Shown here: positions 60,924-64,000 of the stretch, one piece after another | Numbering within the stretch: the stretch's first letter is position 1 | How the letters are laid out: every line of letters starts with the position of its first letter | Assembly: GCA_973895155.1 (NCBI GenBank) | Contig: OZ316898.1 | Location: 11,493,187 to 11,557,186 of the forward strand | Direction of reading: 5' to 3' | Length of the DNA stretch: 64,000 bases | From: Marsupella aquatica | Taxonomy: Eukaryota > Plantae > Marchantiophyta | Position numbers and translations under genes: made by a program | The notes under the pieces: model-generated | Seen by the model: the letters and a program-made list of their open reading frames with translations, nothing else | Told to the model about the DNA's origin: nothing | Databases searched by the model: none

Positions 60924-63900
60924 TTAAGCTTTGCATTGTCCACTCTCCCAGGTTGAGTTGAGTTGAGTTAATTAGTTTGGGTTGGATCTAGCTGTCAATG
61001 ATACTGTAGGAGGTAGATGTAAAACTATGCAGGGCAATGAGCCATTGGTACTAGAGTTATCTGTGACATATGGAGTTGAAATTAGGTAAGATCCCCATGT
61101 TGAAGTCACTTTCATAAGTCAAGTCAGGGCTAACCATGTTGGGAACTATTTGGAGATCAAACTAAAGGCAAAACTCCTAAACGGCCTTCATGAGCAACCT
61201 GCAGACCCAATCCACCAGGAGTCTGATTTCCTGGGAGAGTTGAGTGCAAAGTTTAAGTGGGTGAGTGTAATGCCACGATGCCTTAAATGAAAAGGAGCAA
61301 AATCAAAAACATTTTTGTCATACTTGGAGACCCCTTGATCCTTAGGGATGAGAGAAAAGATCTTGTTGAGGGTCGGTCTTGACCTCAACCCTATGTAAAC
61401 CCTTGCAACAACCTAGAAAACCAAACCCCGATGGACCACAACATACAGTTGACAAACAATTCATATGGACCAACACAATCCACGTGGACCAGTTGTTAAC
61501 AAACTGTTGTTCTAAGTCTACATTGAACTCAAAACATTATATTTCCTTTGTATATATAGTCGTACTTTTATGTCTCAAAAATTGCTAGGTCCATCCAAGT
61601 TACATGGTTAGATACTCTGTTCGGTCCCAGCATAATTCCAGAACCCCAACCCAAAGAAAACAAAAGAAAGAGACAAAGATATGGTGGACTGGCCTGGCTT
61701 CCTCATTTCACATGTAGTCACATTCACCGGGGAGAACAAAAACACGTGAACAGACATGTGGGAGATCAGAAAATAATGCCGGCTTTTCTTAATTAACTGC
61801 TTTGCATCTCAGGGTGTGGCATTGTTGGAATCCCTACGAGAGGCCACGCAAGTGGGAGGGCCATGTGACCGCCCCTGTAGATCGATGCTCCTCAATGTAT
61901 GCTCCCAATTCCCCAAAAAGCACCCCCAAGTCAACGAGACACACTACTGTACTTGTACCCATGTAAAACATTTAGAGTTAGTTGTTGATGGCAACTTGAG
62001 GGCTTTGTGTCTCTTTGGTTTTCTTGGGTTTTGCCCCGGTTTTCGCTCCTTTATTGAGTCTTCCACCGTTGGGATCTTATCTCTCCGTCAGGTGCTTTTT
62101 GTTCTTTTGGCAACCTCATACATAGGAAAAAAAACAAAACAAACAACAGGACTGTCTTATACCCACACTTGCAAAGTCATTAGAAGAGGAGATTTTGTAC
62201 TTTTTTTTTAAGAAGATTGTTTGAAGGAAAAGGATAATTTTCTTTCAGTGTTTTTCCTTAAAAGCGTGTGCCAAACTCTCATGTTTTACTGGACATACCT
62301 ATGGTGTGTATGGTCTTGTATTCACTGTCAGAACTTGTAGTGAAGGTGTCATGTGAAGGAACATGGCATCTAGTCTCCTTCAACATGTCCCTCACATGCC
62401 TGCTAGTATGCAACTTAGGTAGTCAATTGTTAGACCTTCCCGGCCAATCTTGGTATCTTGCCAGCTTACATTTCAGTAGACATAATTTCTATCACACTTT
62501 TTATATATAGAAAAACCAAACTGCATACATTCATTTCCTTTTCTGGTGTACCACACAACATTTCTGTTTTTACAGTTAGTTTTGTTGGTTTTCATCAAAG
62601 ATTGTGTACATGTTGATTGCTGGCAGCTCACACCCATATGTCACAACATCAGATCTCAGCCATCACATTGTGGTGACTAAATCTAGAGGAGCTCCTTAAC
62701 TGGAAAATCTTTAATGGAAAGGAAAAAATATATTTGGTTTTTGACAAATTTTCTAGGAATCGCATCAGCTGGTCATTTGAAGATGAATTGCCAATATGGT
62801 TTTTGTGGATGGACGACTTGAGAGGGTGGTAAACCCAAGTAGCTAAATTTCTAGTTTAATTAGCTTTTCCTTCTGGTTTTTGCTTCTTAATTTCCTGGTT
62901 CTGGCCTCTCTGATTTTTTTGGCTTGTCGACCTTTGGATGTACTGGGTGCCGATGCCCTCTGTGGGCCACTCCTTCTGTATGCTGGCATTTTGGATGTAA
63001 TCAATGAGTTTTCTCGAGGCAAAAAATAAACTCAAGGCCACAAATTTTGTCTTCTGGACTACACCTCTGACCCAGGAAAAAAAACATGTTCAGCTACATA
63101 GGCAAATGAATTGATTCAATCTGGTTTGTTATGCCACTTGGGCTTACTCTCTTACGTGGGTTGCCTGGTCCTGATTCAAAATTAAGCTTAACTATGAGAC
63201 TACAAAACATCAGCACATGCAATCATTGATGGTAATTTTGATATTTAGATGCTAAGGTTCATAATCATGGTGGAAGCCTTACTTACAATTCATCTCCCAT
63301 TACCATAGTGCTTGGGCACACCTACGGGCACAGAGTGCAGTTACAAGGTTCAAGTTATCAGGAGAATTTCTAAACCCTGGCCCTCAGTAAGGGAAATGTA
63401 ATGAGATATACCTGTGACCAAGCTCTCTAGCTACCCCTTGTTATATTTTGGAGGAACATTGTATCTTTTTCATTTAAAAAATAATTTTCAGTCTTATATA
63501 AACCCCCCTAGGTTATTATAATCTTTCATATTTTAGGGGATAGAATACCCTTCATTTGTTACTTAACCAACCCAGAACTGAGCCCCAAGTTGCCAGCAAT
63601 CTGGCCTTGCTGAGACGTGGCTGTGTTATTTTGCTAAATAAATGTCTAAGTACATAATTTTTTATCTCCAGTGAAGTAACTAGGACATTAGACATTTTCT
63701 AACCTTGAGATGAACTTTAGGTGTCACTGTGCAAGGTTCCATGCCCAACCCAGCACTCTCCTCACAGCCCACGCACGCTTTGAATTCCATTTGCCAGGTC
63801 AACTAGCCAACTCCCTGCACAGTTCAAGTGCCTGGCCATCTCACTTATGCTTGACAACACCTAGCCAACAATTCACCTTGACAACACTTTCAAACACTCA

Positions 63901-64000
63901 ATAGCACTTCCTAATATCGACAACACTTTGCAATGCACTGCCATTGGGTTATTAGTGTAGGATTGTCAATTCTGCATGCCTGGGAACACGAAGCTCTCAC

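Overview
Eukaryotic nuclear DNA from a land plant: GT-AG introns, low gene density, many transposon remnants and microsatellites. The element and gene content suggest a non-seed plant (bryophyte, lycophyte or fern), but that is an inference. Two intact spliced genes lie on the + strand. The first is a 5-exon AIRP2-like C3HC4 RING E3 ligase (17434-22366, 249 aa). The second is a 2-exon cupin (55289-57202, 236 aa) that resembles uncharacterised bacterial cupins but carries a bipartite plastid-transit plus twin-arginine thylakoid-lumen signal. Mobile DNA includes a decayed Ty1/copia element (1440-8322, -; 344-bp LTRs, tRNA-iMet PBS, PPT) whose 5' LTR is shared with the remnant of a second tandem copy, and a related solo LTR. 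There is also a near-full-length CRE-clade non-LTR retrotransposon with a restriction-like endonuclease (~41.5-45.2 kb), plus further CRE pieces and a hAT-like MITE family. Two possibly spliced units without clear coding capacity (47.5-50.6 kb +, 58.1-60.7 kb -) are low-confidence. No CRISPR, rRNA or tRNA genes were seen. All alignments were done by eye and no searches were run.
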